DNA from: Octopus sinensis
Lineage: Eukaryota
NCBI RefSeq assembly: GCF_006345805.1
Contig: NC_043005.1
Coordinates: 96,720,001-96,784,000 of the forward strand
Direction: 5' to 3'
DNA: 64,000 nucleotides
The position numbers and the translations under genes are program-made. Below, one piece after another: positions 26,599 through 39,843 of this stretch; within the stretch, counting starts at the first letter, position 1, and every line of letters begins with the position of its first letter. Below the pieces are notes generated by a model that saw nothing but the letters and a program-made list of their open reading frames with translations, had not been told where the DNA came from and searched no databases.

Positions 26599-27050
26599 CC
26601 GAGATTAAGAAAGAGAGCCAGAGTGAGAAACAGACAGCAGAGGGATAGACAGACAGGGAATTGAAATAGGGAAGGAGGGGACTTGATACTCGTAAAAAAA
26701 TGGTTAGATAGAGAAAAATAGATAGAAAGGGTCAGTTTTTTAAAAAATATATTGAGAATGTGGGCAGCGGAATTACCCGTCAAATTTTATAACAAAAAAA
26801 AATGAACCAGCGCCACAACAACGATAATAATCCTTTCTACTGTAGGTACAAGGCCTGAAAATTTGGTAGAGGGGGATAGTCGATTACATCGATTCCATTG
26901 CATCAATTCGTATTTATTTCATCGACTCCGAAAGGATGAAAGGCAAAATCGACCTCGGCGGAATTTGAACTCAAAATGGAAAGACAGACGAAATGCCGCT
27001 AAGCATTCCATCCAGCGTGCTGTCGATTCTGCCAGCTCACTGCCTTGATA
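23233..27050. repeat. ~1.9 kb tandem duplication (23233-25090 / 25128-27050) bounded by (AAT)n
   Basis: Near-identical units differing in microsatellite length, a few substitutions and 1-bp indels. Confidence 0.95.
24867..25082 (-). mobile_element. SINE family B copy (duplicated at 26832-27046)
   Basis: Head GAGCTGGCAGAATCG, B box GAGTTCAAATTCC, central domain; tail GGCCTTGTACCTACAGTAGAAAGG then (ATT)n. Confidence 0.8.
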
Positions 27051-27056
27051 AAATAA

Positions 27057-27128
<72 letters not shown>

Positions 27129-27247
27129 GAACGAACTACTGAGTTTGGTTTAATGGCCTACCAATGTATACTATGAGTTTCTTTGCCCTAGGAGTCGGGA
27201 AGACACTCGGCAAGAAATGGAAGCAAATTTGAAAGAAGAAAAAAAAA

Positions 27248-27286
<39 letters not shown>

Positions 27287-27329
27287 TTAATAATAATAAT
27301 AATGATAATAATAATAATAATAATAATAA

Positions 27330-30300
27330 GAGGAGAGAACACCGGGGACGTTTAAGATGTAAGAAGGAAAATACAGAGCTCCGAAATCTATCCACAAACA
27401 TCGAAAACAAGGACATCCTATGGAGCCAAAGATTTACTAACAAAGAATTGGACTGTATCCGAGTAAGTAATACTAATTGAAATTTATTACTATTTTCGAA
27501 ACGAAATGATGTATTTTGACTCGATATTATCTCCACCTCTAACACAACACATGTAAACATGCGTGGAACATCACGACCATCCCCGACCTCAAACACCATG
27601 TACAAAGGAACTACGAAGAAATTAAATGCCACCGATACTATTCAACCCAAGAATAACAATCGAGCGGCACGTATATTAAACTTACAACAAAAAATGTACG
27701 AAAAACTACACGTGCGAAATAATGTGAAAACAGAAATAAACGGACCGGTACCCTACGAAAATGACGACCGTCAAAATAATGGGCCGGACGTTGTACCTCA
27801 TGTCCCGCAAATAAAACCCAAAAGGCGTAAATGGACACGTGAGGAATACATTTCTATCTTACACGCATACTTCACAGCAATGCTCTACCCAAAAAATGAA
27901 AATACAACAACACATACATATAAAATATGGAAGGAAAATAATAGAGATATAGACTTGGATACAGCAATGAACCCTAATAAATTAGCTAACGTACGAAGAT
28001 ACATTCTCAAAGGCAAAAAAATATCAGAAATAGAAATAGAACATTTAAAAGAAAAAATACACCAGGAAAATGTAGATAGAAGCCACACAACAATGCCCAA
28101 TAATATAAACACTGAAACTGTAAAACACGAAGACAAACGCAACATTCCCAACAAACACGATGTAAACAACGAAGGGGAGTCTAATGATTATGATAATATA
28201 AAAAATAAAATAATCAAAGAACTGAAAACCACAGAGCCCAAAATGGACCACCGACCATACCTCCCAAGAATAAAAATAACGAAATAACAACACCAATTAT
28301 AACAGCATAAACCTAGCCGTCACTGAACTAGCCACTGAAACAAAAAAAAGTGATATCACTGAACTAAATGACTTGATATACGCAGCAGCCACTGCAGCCA
28401 CAAAAGAAGCTGGATACTCACCCAAACCCGCCCAAACAGGAGTACCACCACCCAAACAAACCCTGTGGATAAATAACATCCAAAACAAAATTTAAAAAAT
28501 TAGAAAAGACCTGTCGATTCCTAATGAAATCAGCAAGCAATCAACGCTACTGAGCAACAAAAGAGAACAAAAATGCTCCGCAAATATAACATCACAGAAA
28601 AAGATTTGCCGGAGATAAAAGAAAAGCTGAAGCAAGATATCCTTGCCAAAGCTCAAAGGATCCGCCGGTACGAGAAACGCCAACGCTTCTTTGAACAGAA
28701 CAAAAAGTTCAACTCCGACCCCAAAAAGTTCTACCAAGAACTGGGCAAAAAAAAATAGAAGTCACTGCAGCACCAACGGCAGAAGAATTGGAAGAATTCT
28801 GGAGAGAAATATGGTCGGCGAACGAACAGCCAAAAAAAGGAGTATGAAAATAACAAACTCGGCATCTGAACAACTTTGGACCCCCATAACAACTGAAGAG
28901 GTCACCCAGGCACTGCAAAAACTAAGCAACTGGAAGGCACCTGGGCATCACAAGATCCCCAACTTCTGGTTGAAATATCTAACAGGAATGCACAAAAAGC
29001 TGGCTGAAAACTTTAACAGCATACTAGCAGAGCCAGAGACAATGCCTGAATGGCTCACGAAGGGGAAAACCATCTTAATTCCCAAATCAAATGAAACAAC
29101 AAAACCAGAAAACTACAGACCAATAACCTGCCTCCCTACTATGTTCAAGGCATTTACTGCAGTGATATCGCAAAGGCTGAACAAGCACCTGGACGAAAAC
29201 AAACTGTTCCCAGAAGAGCAGAAAGGATGCCGCAAGGGCTCATATGGCTGTAAAGATCAACTAATGATTAATAAAGCCGTAACTGAAGACAGCCACAGAA
29301 AGAAGAAAGGCCTCAGTATGGCCTGGATTGACTACAAAAAGGCGTTTGATAGCATCCCCCACACATGGATCCACGAAACACTAGCCATTAACAAAGTAGC
29401 ACCAACAATCATAAAATTCATAGGCAAACAGTCCTACACCTCCAAACAAAAGAGGGACTCATGAAAACCAAAGACATCCCCATTAGAAGAGGAATATTCC
29501 AGGGAGACACGCTCTCTCCACTCCTTTTCTGCTTGGCACATCACCTCTATCTGATATGCTAAATAGAACTGGATGCGGATATAAATGTTACGGCAAAACG
29601 ATCAGCCACCTTTTATATATGGATGACCTAAAACTATACGCTGCAAATGACAAACAGCTGGAAACACTATTAAAGACAGTTCATGGATTTACCAAAGAAA
29701 TAGATATGAAATTTGGATTACAAAAATGCGCCAAAGTAACCATGAAAAGAGGAAAACTAGTTAAGAGTAACAACATCACACTAGATAAAACCAATGAAAT
29801 AAAAGAATTAGACCAAAGCCAAACTTACAAATACTTAGGAATCCATGAACTAGATAAGACACAACACACACAAATGAAAGAGAAAATAAAAAAAGAATAT
29901 TATAGACGAGTTAGATCAATACTAAAAACAGAGCTCAATGCTAAAAACAAGATAATAGGTATCAACACTTTAGCTGTCCCAGTTATAAGTTACATCTACA
30001 ATATCCTTAACTGGACACGAAATGAACTGTCCAAAATAGATAGGAAAACAAGGAAAATACTGACAGGATCTAGGATGCATCACCCAAAATCTGACATAGA
30101 AAGACTATATATACAACGTATAGAAGGTGGTAGAGGCCTTATACAGCTGGAAAACTACTATAAAATAACCACCATAGGACTGCAAAAATACCTACTTCAG
30201 AAGGAAGGAAAACTGATCCAGATAGCAGCAAAACACGAGCAAAACAAAAAACTGTTCTCAGTATTTAAGGAAGCTGACAAATACAAACAAGAAATCATAC

Positions 30301-31032
30301 CACCTAATAAACACGAAGAAGAAGAAGAAGATGATGAAGAAACAACAAAAGCTATAATACAAATGAAATCCAAACTAAAAATAGAACAGCAACGAACCAT
30401 GATAAAACGATGGCAAGAAAAGCCCCTTCATGGTAAATACTGGACTAAACTAAACGCAAAAGAAATAGACAAAGAAAAATCCCAGCAATGGTTGAGAAGC
30501 TCAGGACTCAAAGCAGAAACAGAGGGATTTTTAATTGAGAAACTGAGAAATTGAGAAAACGAGAAAGCAACCATACTCTGGGATATGCCGATACACACAG
30601 ATAGAGAAATTAAGGCCAACAGACCAGATATAGTTGTCAGAGATCATGAAGAAAAAAAATGCTTTCTAATTGATGTATCAATACCGGCAGATGACAACGT
30701 GTCTCTAAAAGAAATGGAGAAACTCTCAAAATACAAAGACCTGGAAATAGAGGTAACTAGAATGTGGAATCTGAAAACAGAAACAATTCCTATCATAGTA
30801 GGTGCATTAGGCATGATAAAAAAATATTCAGACAAATACATAACAAAAACACCAGGACTTACAAACATATATAACATACAGAAAATTGCACTACTAGGCA
30901 CTGCACACATCCTACGCAGAACACTTTCCATACAATAACCATCAGAGCATCACAACAAATCACAGCACATACCCAAGGCACACAGTGCTGCGCTCGGTAG
31001 TGAAGTGAAAGCACGCTATAAAAATAAAACTA

Positions 31033-31036
<4 letters not shown>
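27330..31036 (+). mobile_element. R4/Dong lineage A, near full-length, frameshifted and internally deleted
   Basis: N-terminal RRKWTREE (Myb-like); RT motifs WKAPG, NYRPITCL, QKGC, WIDYKKAFDS, RGIFQGDTLSP, YMDD; RLE NRPDIVV..LIDVSIP..KYKDL; (AAT)n on both sides. Confidence 0.95.
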
Positions 31037-31082
<46 letters not shown>

Positions 31083-31086
<4 letters not shown>

Positions 31087-31346
31087 AGATAGTGCTCATG
31101 GGAACTGCTCTTATCCTACGCAAAATACTTTCTATGTAATCTCAAGGTTTAAAACAAACATAATTTTCGGTTTTTAAAAAAAATTTTTTTTAGACATTTA
31201 TTAGTACAACACCAAAAACTCCCCCCCCCAAATATATGGCACACTAGGCATAACAACAACATGAACTTCCAACCTGTTGTCTCTTGAGGTCTCTGGGTGA
31301 GACTTGGAGCAAACTTGTACAAATATAAAGCAAAAGTCAAACATAG
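31083..31346 (+). mobile_element. R4/Dong lineage B 3' end
   Basis: Matches the reverse complement of 45280-45545 (QKIVLM.TA.ILRKILSM + 3'UTR); between (AAT)n tracts. Confidence 0.85.
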
Positions 31347-31386
31347 AATAATAATAATAATAATAATAATGATAATAATGATGATG

Positions 31387-31419
<33 letters not shown>

Positions 31420-31529
31420 TAATAATATAATGATAATAATGATGATGATAATAATAATCATAATAATAAAAAAAATAATAATAATAATAATAATGAAATA
31501 ATAATAATAATAATAATAATGATAAAAAT

Positions 31530-31567
<38 letters not shown>

Positions 31568-31632
31568 TAATAATGATAATAATAATAATAATAATAATGA
31601 TAATAATAATAATAATAATAATAATGATAAAA

Positions 31633-31667
<35 letters not shown>

Positions 31668-31669
31668 TG

Positions 31670-31733
<64 letters not shown>

Positions 31734-31753
31734 TAATAATAATAATAATAATA

Positions 31754-32377
31754 CTCTAGCTGCCCAGTCCTGGCTAAGAAGGAATATATTCACAGACATG
31801 ACAGAGTTGGAACCTACATACATTGGAAGCTATGCCAACATTATGGAATAACAACACAAAAAAGATGGTATAGGCACACACCAGAAAAGGTCACAGAAAA
31901 CGAGAAAGCAACCATACTCTGGGATATGCCGATACACACAGACAGAGAAATTAAGGCCAACAGACCAGATATAGTTGTCAGAGACCAAGAAGAAAAAAAA
32001 TGCTTTCTAATTGATGTATCAATACTGGCTGATGACAACGTGTCTCTAAAAGAAATGGAGAAACTCTCAAAATACAAAGACCTGGAAATAGAGGTAACTA
32101 GAATGTGGAATCTGAAAACAGAAACAATTCCTATCATAGTAGGTGCATTAGGCATGATAAAAAAATATTCAGACAAATACATAACAAAAACACCAGGACT
32201 TACAAACACATATAACATACAGAAAATTGCACTACTAGGCACTGCACACATCCTACGCAGAACGCTTTCCATACAATAACCATCAGAGCATCACAACAAG
32301 TCACAGCACATACCCAAGGCACACAGAGCTGCGCTCGGTAGTGAAGTGAAAGCACGCTATAAAAATAAAACTACTGA
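31754..32377 (+). mobile_element. R4/Dong lineage A 3' fragment
   Basis: RLE ORF 31926-32279 nearly identical to 30585-30938; (AAT)n flanks. Confidence 0.9.
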
Positions 32378-32399
32378 ATAATAATAATAATAACAATAA

Positions 32400-32610
32400 C
32401 AATATTAATAATAATAACAATAGGCCCAAAGCCAGCGATTTCGGGGAAGGGGTCAAGTCGATTATGCTGACCTCCAGTGCTCAAGTGGTACTTATTTTAT
32501 CGACTCCGAAAGGATGAAAGGAAAAATCGACCTGAGCGGAATATGAATTCAGAGCATAAAGACTGACGAAATATCGCTGAGCAGTTTGTCCGACGATTGC
32601 CGTTTGCTCT
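32400..32610 (-). mobile_element. SINE family B, degenerate
   Basis: Central ATCGACTCCGAAAGGATGAAAGG on the plus strand; tail abuts the (AAT)n. Confidence 0.65.
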
Positions 32611-33099
32611 TAAGTCTTGATCGACAATTTTCATAAACACGGTGATACGATGATATAAAAAATAAATCACTGGTGGCTGCATGTCCTTAGATGTACAGTA
32701 ACCTCAAAATAAAAGAAAAATAAAATAAAAATAAAAGAAAATAGCAAAGTAAAGCCGAACAAAGTTTCATACCAAGCTAAATTTATCAAAAACTGGCATG
32801 GGTGACACTGGAACAAACGGTGAAGGTGTCCTGCTCAGCATGAATAGTGCGAAAAGGTAAGCATCTTCCAGTCGTCATCCTGTGATTGTTTAAGTAAACG
32901 AAAGAACTGAACAAACTGGCGATGAAGTGTAATTACATGAACAACGAAGGAAGTATCAGGAATGAACGTTATGTATCTGAAATGACAACGAAGTCTTCAG
33001 ACATACTGACAGAAAGATAGCGAAAGACAAAGTTGAAGAAATTGGTGGATTTATTTATTACATACATATTGAAAACGTTGAATGCACCAATAACCTAAG

Positions 33100-33535
33100 G
33101 AGAGATAATGCTCACGTAGTAGCCAGAGAGTTAAATACACAGGCGAGAAGAAAATCTGTTGGAAAGGTCGAGAGGCAAATTCAGATAGTTCGTAGAGGAG
33201 TCAAATTTACTATTTGAAAGAAGGGAGACTAGAAAACGAAAGAACAAAACGTACACTAAAAAGGAAAAACTGTGTGAAGCGAAAAGACACAACTGTAGCA
33301 ATTGAAGAACTTAATCACAGCACAAAACGAAAAAGAAGATTAAATGGTATGAAAAACGGATAAATCAATTTTAACAAAACAGGCCATTCCAACAAAAAAA
33401 AAACCTATTCGAAAAGCTATAAGGAGTAGAGAGGGGGAATAATACAATGATAGATACGGAGGAGAGGATAACATTCTGGAGCAATATACCGAGTAAGCAG
33501 AATAAATTATGCAGAGAAAGAGATAATCAGGGGGA

Positions 33536-33576
<41 letters not shown>

Positions 33577-34560
33577 CAGACAGAGACAGAAAACGCGCGC
33601 GTGAGAGAGAAAGAGACAAAACCAAACCATGATTATCTTGGCACCGCTCTTGAAACAGATCAAGAAATTACCAAACTAGAAGGCATTTGGCCTAAATGAG
33701 GTACAAAGATTTTGTATAAGATTTTCATGAATATTTTCTGAAGAGGTATATGATTACCTGTAATCATTAATATAAAGTTTGGGATAAGCAAATGTGGTGT
33801 TTTAAACATGAAGTTTTAGACGAAGAAGAAGGGAAAATCTCAGCACTACGATAGAAGCAAACTTCCAAACGAGGAAGCAATGAAAAACATAGATCTGAAA
33901 GGGGGATACAAATATCTTGGTACCCTAGAAGTCGAGGGTACCATGGAAAAAAAATCATGTCAAACCATCAAGTGAATATTAATGTTATAGGAGGTTCAGA
34001 AAGATTCTAGAATCAATGCTCGATGATTTAAATAGATCAAAGCTATGAACTCCGGTGCGATCTCTGTCATAAGATATAATGCTGGCATCGCCGAAGGGAC
34101 AATAGAGGAATGGGAGTAAATTCATGTGAGGACGAAGAAACTACTGAAAATGTACAAAGTGCTGCAATCCCAGTGTGATGTGGACAGGTTCTATGTCGAG
34201 CGAGGCGAAAGGGGAACAGGAAGTGTGGAAGACTGATTAAATACAGAGATAAGTAATCTTCGATAATGTACGGAGTCAAGAAGTAAACAATATGGAACTC
34301 GTATTAAGAAAATCTATATGAATTACACGAAGGAGGAAGGGTGAATTACACCAAGATAAGCTAGACAGGTATAAAGAAAAGCATCTACATGAACAGTCCT
34401 GAAGGAGCACAGAAAACGGCTGCAACAGAAAAATATGAGGTGAACAATAACGGAAGGGCTGATAATAACTGTATGAGATGAAACAAACTGTGTGAGTGAG
34501 AAAGAGGACATCTATGGAAAGTGCAGATACGACATTGTATGGGATGAGATAGTTGCAAAT
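33100..34560 (+). pseudogene. Old degraded R4/Dong element
   Basis: Manual translation: ERQIQI..., KFGISKCGVL, GYKYLG.LE, IRYNAGI, DVDRFYV, with many stops. Confidence 0.65.
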
Positions 34561-36092
34561 ATATCACATAAATTATATTTTATAAATATACTGTATATGA
34601 ATAAATCTCAAGATCATTTGTAGACGCAACTGAGGAATCGGACGAAACATGTTTCGTTTCTCTTAAAACTGATCGGGGTACGTTACCTCATTATTTCTGA
34701 ACTACTAAAGTTACAAAAAATATTGTTTATGGTAAGAATAAATAAACTATTATGGGTGCAGAAGATCATTTACGCAATGGTACAAGTTCTATGGACGGGA
34801 TTCAATAAAATAAGAAATTAATGCAACACCAGGTCCCCCATGAATTGCCTCTAAGTATTATGCCTCCAAACGTAAAGTGTGTTCTGTGCATTATGGAGGT
34901 CATATTTACCCCGGTTCAATGGACACATGTAGTTGATCCATACGTACACACACACATGTTCTGAAGACAAAAAAACAGTTTCTTTTGTTTGCGTGTTGTA
35001 GCTGTTTATATTAGTTTTACATATTCTTTGCTAGATATGTCCGTTGCTCTTCGGTAGATATTTGTTGATAATTTTTCGTTGCTGAAGGCTCCTACTTTCT
35101 TGTATTTGCCTTGAATATAATTTTTCTGTGTCACATTTTTAATGGTGTATTTTAAATGCAGTCACTATTTTTTTCTTGTTTCTCTGTCTAGGCATACTAA
35201 GTAATTTAGCGTCCTAACAGAATATTTTTAACTTTAATTTTTTTTCCTGAAGACAGATGCTTATTGCATTTTTTTTCTGGTTTTGTTTTTAGCTCCTTTT
35301 TAAGTATTAATAATCTGAAGTGCATAACTTGAAGGCATCCATATACCAAAGATGGTTGAATTACTTGAATTACCCTAAAATAGCAATTCTAATCGAGCGA
35401 TGTTTGCTATAACACGTTGGTTAAAATGTTAACGCCAAGTAGAAGCAGGTTGGGGAGAGGCACCCTATCTTCTAATAGATATATGGTTACAATTTATGAT
35501 TAATTCTTTTGCTTATATCTGCAGAATTTTTTACCCTTTTCATCTGACGGGTTTAATACACCCGCTATTCTTGGTACTACGAGTTTATGCAAAGTTGGTT
35601 TGCTGACCTGTATCGGACAGCTGCCATCACTTACATAATCGGATCCAGTTAGCAGCAGAGTCTATAGCAAAAATCACTACCGCTATCGTTCGGCAGAAGG
35701 TTAAACTTCCTCTCTCTAGTTGCTATAAATACGAAAGCTGTGTGGTGTATGCACAGGTCTCTACCTCTTTGACCAGACCCTCATCAACGCCTTCAAGTAC
35801 CACTGTGAGGAGATCGGTGAAAGCGGAGAAGGAGACGTTGTCTTGGAATGTATTTTACGAAAAGTGGGTTAGAACGGCAAATTTAACGTACTTAAATGCA
35901 CATAATCCGATCATATACGATTCTAAAAGGGAGTCTGGAGGGTGGCCTTTGCGTTTGAATTAACACAATATTCCAGGGGTTTTGTGCGATATACTCTGGA
36001 TTGCACTACTAAGTTGTTCCCTATACTGTAAATATCTTCTTGTTTATATTCTATCATTTACAGTTCTGGTTATTTAATTTCTTTTTAGCGAA

Positions 36093-36157
36093 GGCACATG
36101 GCTCAATGGTTAGCGATACGGGCTCGCAATCATGAGGTAGTGAGTTCGATTCCCGGA
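36093..36157 (+). mobile_element. tRNA-like SINE head
   Basis: A box TGGCTCAATGG and B box GTTCGATTCCC, but no clean cloverleaf. Confidence 0.55.
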
Positions 36158-36360
36158 CTGAATTTGAAGGTGGACGAGATTTATACTGGATAGGATATTG
36201 TGTTTTCTATTCCGACATGCTGAATACATCTGTTCATACTTAGCTGTGTATATATATATATATATTTCTATTCCTGGGCGCTATACTAATACATTTGTTT
36301 GTTTGTACTCCACCTTCCTTCGTCTTTTGTTTATTTTCGTAAACTTTCCCTTTATATATA

Positions 36361-36711
36361 CTCTTTACTCTTTTACTTGTTTCAGTCATTTGACTGCGGC
36401 CATGTTGGAGCACCGCCTCAGGACTTATTCTTTGTAAGCCTAGTACTTATTCTATCAGTCTCTTTTGCTGAACCGCTAAGTTACGGGGACGTAAATACAC
36501 CACCATCGGTTGTCAAGCAATGGTGGGAGAGAAACACAGACACACAAACATATACACACATACATATATATACATATATACGACGGGCTTTTTCAAGTTT
36601 CCGTTTACCAAATCCACTCACAAAGCTTCGGTCGGCCCGAGGCTATAGTAGAAAACACTTGCCCATGGTGCCACGCAGTAGGAATGAACCCGGAACCATG
36701 TGGTTGGTAAG

Positions 36712-36712
<1 letters not shown>
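36361..36712 (-). mobile_element. SINE family A (CORE-like), near full-length
   Basis: Sense strand: tRNA-like head, GTGGCACCATGGGCAAGTG CORE-like segment, tail ending in GAGTAAAAGAGTAAAGAG. Confidence 0.85.
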
Positions 36713-36746
<34 letters not shown>

Positions 36747-36829
36747 AGAAATCACAAAAAAACAAAACACGAAGACAGGTGGTGTAGACGACAAACAGGT
36801 GTATTAGTATAACGCTCGGGAAGTGAAGT

Positions 36830-36865
36830 CTTTAACGTTTCAAGCCTACGCTCTTCCACAGAAAG
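36830..36865 (-). ncRNA. Minimal type I hammerhead-like motif (A6U variant)
   Basis: CUUU-CUGUGGA-A-GAGC-GUAG-GCUU-GAAAC-GUU-AAAG. Confidence 0.55.
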
Positions 36866-37566
36866 GAACACAGAAAGAAACAAGGAGAGAAAATGAAGAA
36901 TGTGTAGTGACTAGCGATCTATCATGGCGAATATATATATATATATATGCATTATGTATGTGTGTATGTATGTATGTATGTATGTATGTATGTATGTATG
37001 TATGTATGTATGTATGTATGTATGTATGTGTGTGCTTGTTCCGGTGTGTATGCCTGAATACATATATACTTATCTTACTATGAGTCATTGAAAAATAGTG
37101 ACTTTTGTGTGTCAGTAAGAGCTTCCAAAGAACATCTAACGGCTTTTGGTGGATGATTTATTGATAATCGTTTCGAAGATGGATGCTGATCATGGTAGTC
37201 TTATGTTCGTTACTAAATATCTATATGGCATCTAAAGAAACATTGATGATGGGGATTTTCATGTGAAAACTTTTCGATACTATCTATGAATATCTGTCAA
37301 CTAATCTGAACAAACTTGAAATAAGTTTGTAATATATTTAGATATAGAAAGTTCAATTATTACATAAACTCAGTTTGTCTAGCTGCATTGCGTGATGTGT
37401 TGATGTCGGAAAGCACTGATATATATATATATATATGTTTATCTATTTGTAACAAATATTATTTTTGAAATTCGCCAGTCTTCTATCTGCCTTTCGTTCT
37501 GTACCTGTGTAAGTACGTACGCATATATACAGAGATGGTCGGATGGATGTGTGTATATATATGTAT

Positions 37567-37603
<37 letters not shown>

Positions 37604-38477
37604 GAGAGAGAGAGAGAAAGAGAAAGATATATATATGTATATTAGACATGCGCACATAAGCACATTTTATAATAATTCTGCATGTCGTTACGTTACTTAG
37701 CCCGTCGGTAACGCTTCCATGTCATTAAAGAAAAAGAGAGAGAAAGAAAAGAGGGAAAGAGAAGCGTGCATGATGTGAGGCAGAGGGAACGTCATTGTAA
37801 CGTTTTCACATTATTAATTGATGGGAGAGAAGAAAGAAAAAGGAGAGAGAAAAAGAGGATACGGTAAAGGGTAATATGGAAAGAGGGAGGGAGAGAAAGA
37901 GGGAGGGAGAGAAAGAGGGAGAGAGAAGCATCCATGACGTGAGGTAGGGGAAGTGTAATATTTATTATGCGGTTAAAAAAGTTAGCTGAAGTTAGTGGTG
38001 GTAGAAAGGGGGGGAGATAAAATATAATTTTAGCAGAGGGGTGATGTTCCGATAGTGAGGTTAAGAAAAGGCAGAGTGGGGGAGAGAGAGAGAAAGGAGG
38101 GAGAGAGAGAAAGGATGGAGAGAGTGAGTGGAAAGAGAGAGATGATGATGCTGGTGGTGGAGGAGATGGAGGTTGTGGTGGTTGTGGAGGTGATGCAGGG
38201 GTGGTTGTGGATGTGGCGATGGTGATTGGATAGTAAAATTGTATCTTTTAAATTGAACAAAGTTTTTTTATATCACCTATCACTTAACGCATGCGCATAA
38301 GTGCAATTCCGTGAATATTCACGCTTATTTACGTGACAGATATATGCAATTTAACCAACGGTTGTATTATATGTATGGGATACTTTCTTGTTTGTGGGGA
38401 AAATAGAAAAGTAAGAGTGATATTTATTTATGAGCGTGGTGTATTAAGTCTATAAAATTGCGTATAAAGCATACAAA

Positions 38478-38522
<45 letters not shown>

Positions 38523-38528
<6 letters not shown>

Positions 38529-38653
38529 GAAAGAAATGGAATCCAATGATTAAGTAATGCACTTTATATATATATCTATATATATTATATAATAATATAT
38601 AATATATATATAAATGCATTACTTAATCATTGGATTCCAATTTCTTTCACTTT
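38523..38653. repeat. ~40-bp inverted repeat with (AT)n spacer
   Basis: Arms at 38523-38561 / 38615-38653. Confidence 0.85.
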
Positions 38654-38820
38654 TTATGAGGAGCAGATGAGCAACTATCTTTCCATGCGGACACAACACA
38701 GGCTACGCGTTCAGGTTCTTTGGATAAAGTTCACAGAAATAACCTAACGTTACCATTATTCCTGAATATTCAGGGGTCCTGCTAGTAACATAAATATACA
38801 CACATACATATATATATATA

Positions 38821-38897
<77 letters not shown>

Positions 38898-39089
38898 TAT
38901 ATATATATATATATATTAAAATAATATTAGGGAATAAATCCAAATTTACAGGGAAAAAATCAGATTTAGGATTAAATCCAATTTTATAGAAAATATTATA
39001 TAATATTATAGAGACAAAACCACTATTTTGCAAACAAACAAGGAAAAACTTAATCAATACATAAAATTTTAAAAAAATCAAAAAAACCG

Positions 39090-39131
39090 CCACTACAATT
39101 GTTTCTTGTCCTGATCGACATCTTCAGGTGG
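39090..39131 (-). ncRNA. Minimal type I hammerhead motif (left palindrome arm)
   Basis: CCAC-CUGAAGA-UGUC-GAUCAG-GACA-A-GAAAC-AAUU-GUA-GUGG. Confidence 0.65.
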
Positions 39132-39800
39132 ACTTCCAATCTAAAATATCAATATTTTAAAATATAAAAATAATAATTTTAAAATAATTAAAGTATTAAT
39201 GAAAAAATATAATATATAATCTATATATAACCTATATATAATCCATATATAATCATATATAAAAATATATAAACTAAAATAAACCTATCAACAATAAATA
39301 TAAAACAAAACAAAAAATAAACTATATATACACCCATACACATATAACTAATTATATATAACCATATCTAAATACATACACTAAATCACACACTCTATAT
39401 ATATATCCCTATACATACACATAAACGTCTAGACGAATACATACACTAAATCACACACCTATATATATATCCCTATACATACACATAAAAACGTCTAGAC
39501 GTTTTTATGTGTATGTATAGGGATATATATATAGGTGTGTGATTTAGTGTATGTATTTAGATATGGTTATATATAATTAGTTATATGTGTATGGGTGTAT
39601 ATATAGTTTATTTTTTGTTTTGTTTTATATTTAATTGTTGATAGGTTTATTTTAGTTTATATATTGTTTATATATTGATTATATATGGATTATATATAGG
39701 TTATATATAGATTATATATTTATATTTTTTCATTAATACTTTATTTATTTTAAAATTATTATTTTTATATTTTAAAATATTGATATTTTAGATTGGAAGT

Positions 39801-39843
39801 CCACCTGAAGATTGTCGATCAGGACAAGAAACAATTGTAGTGG
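39801..39843 (+). ncRNA. Minimal type I hammerhead motif (right palindrome arm)
   Basis: CCAC-CUGAAGA-UUGUC-GAUCAG-GACAA-GAAAC-AAUU-GUA-GUGG; intact core and palindromic stem III ACAAUUGU. Confidence 0.75.

Noticed and set aside
34629-34660. CTGAGGA...GAAACATGT hammerhead-like string
   Set aside because: No stem II and poor stem I pairing.
36093-36157. Possible tRNA gene
   Set aside because: A and B boxes are present, but there is no proper acceptor or anticodon stem; treated as a SINE head.
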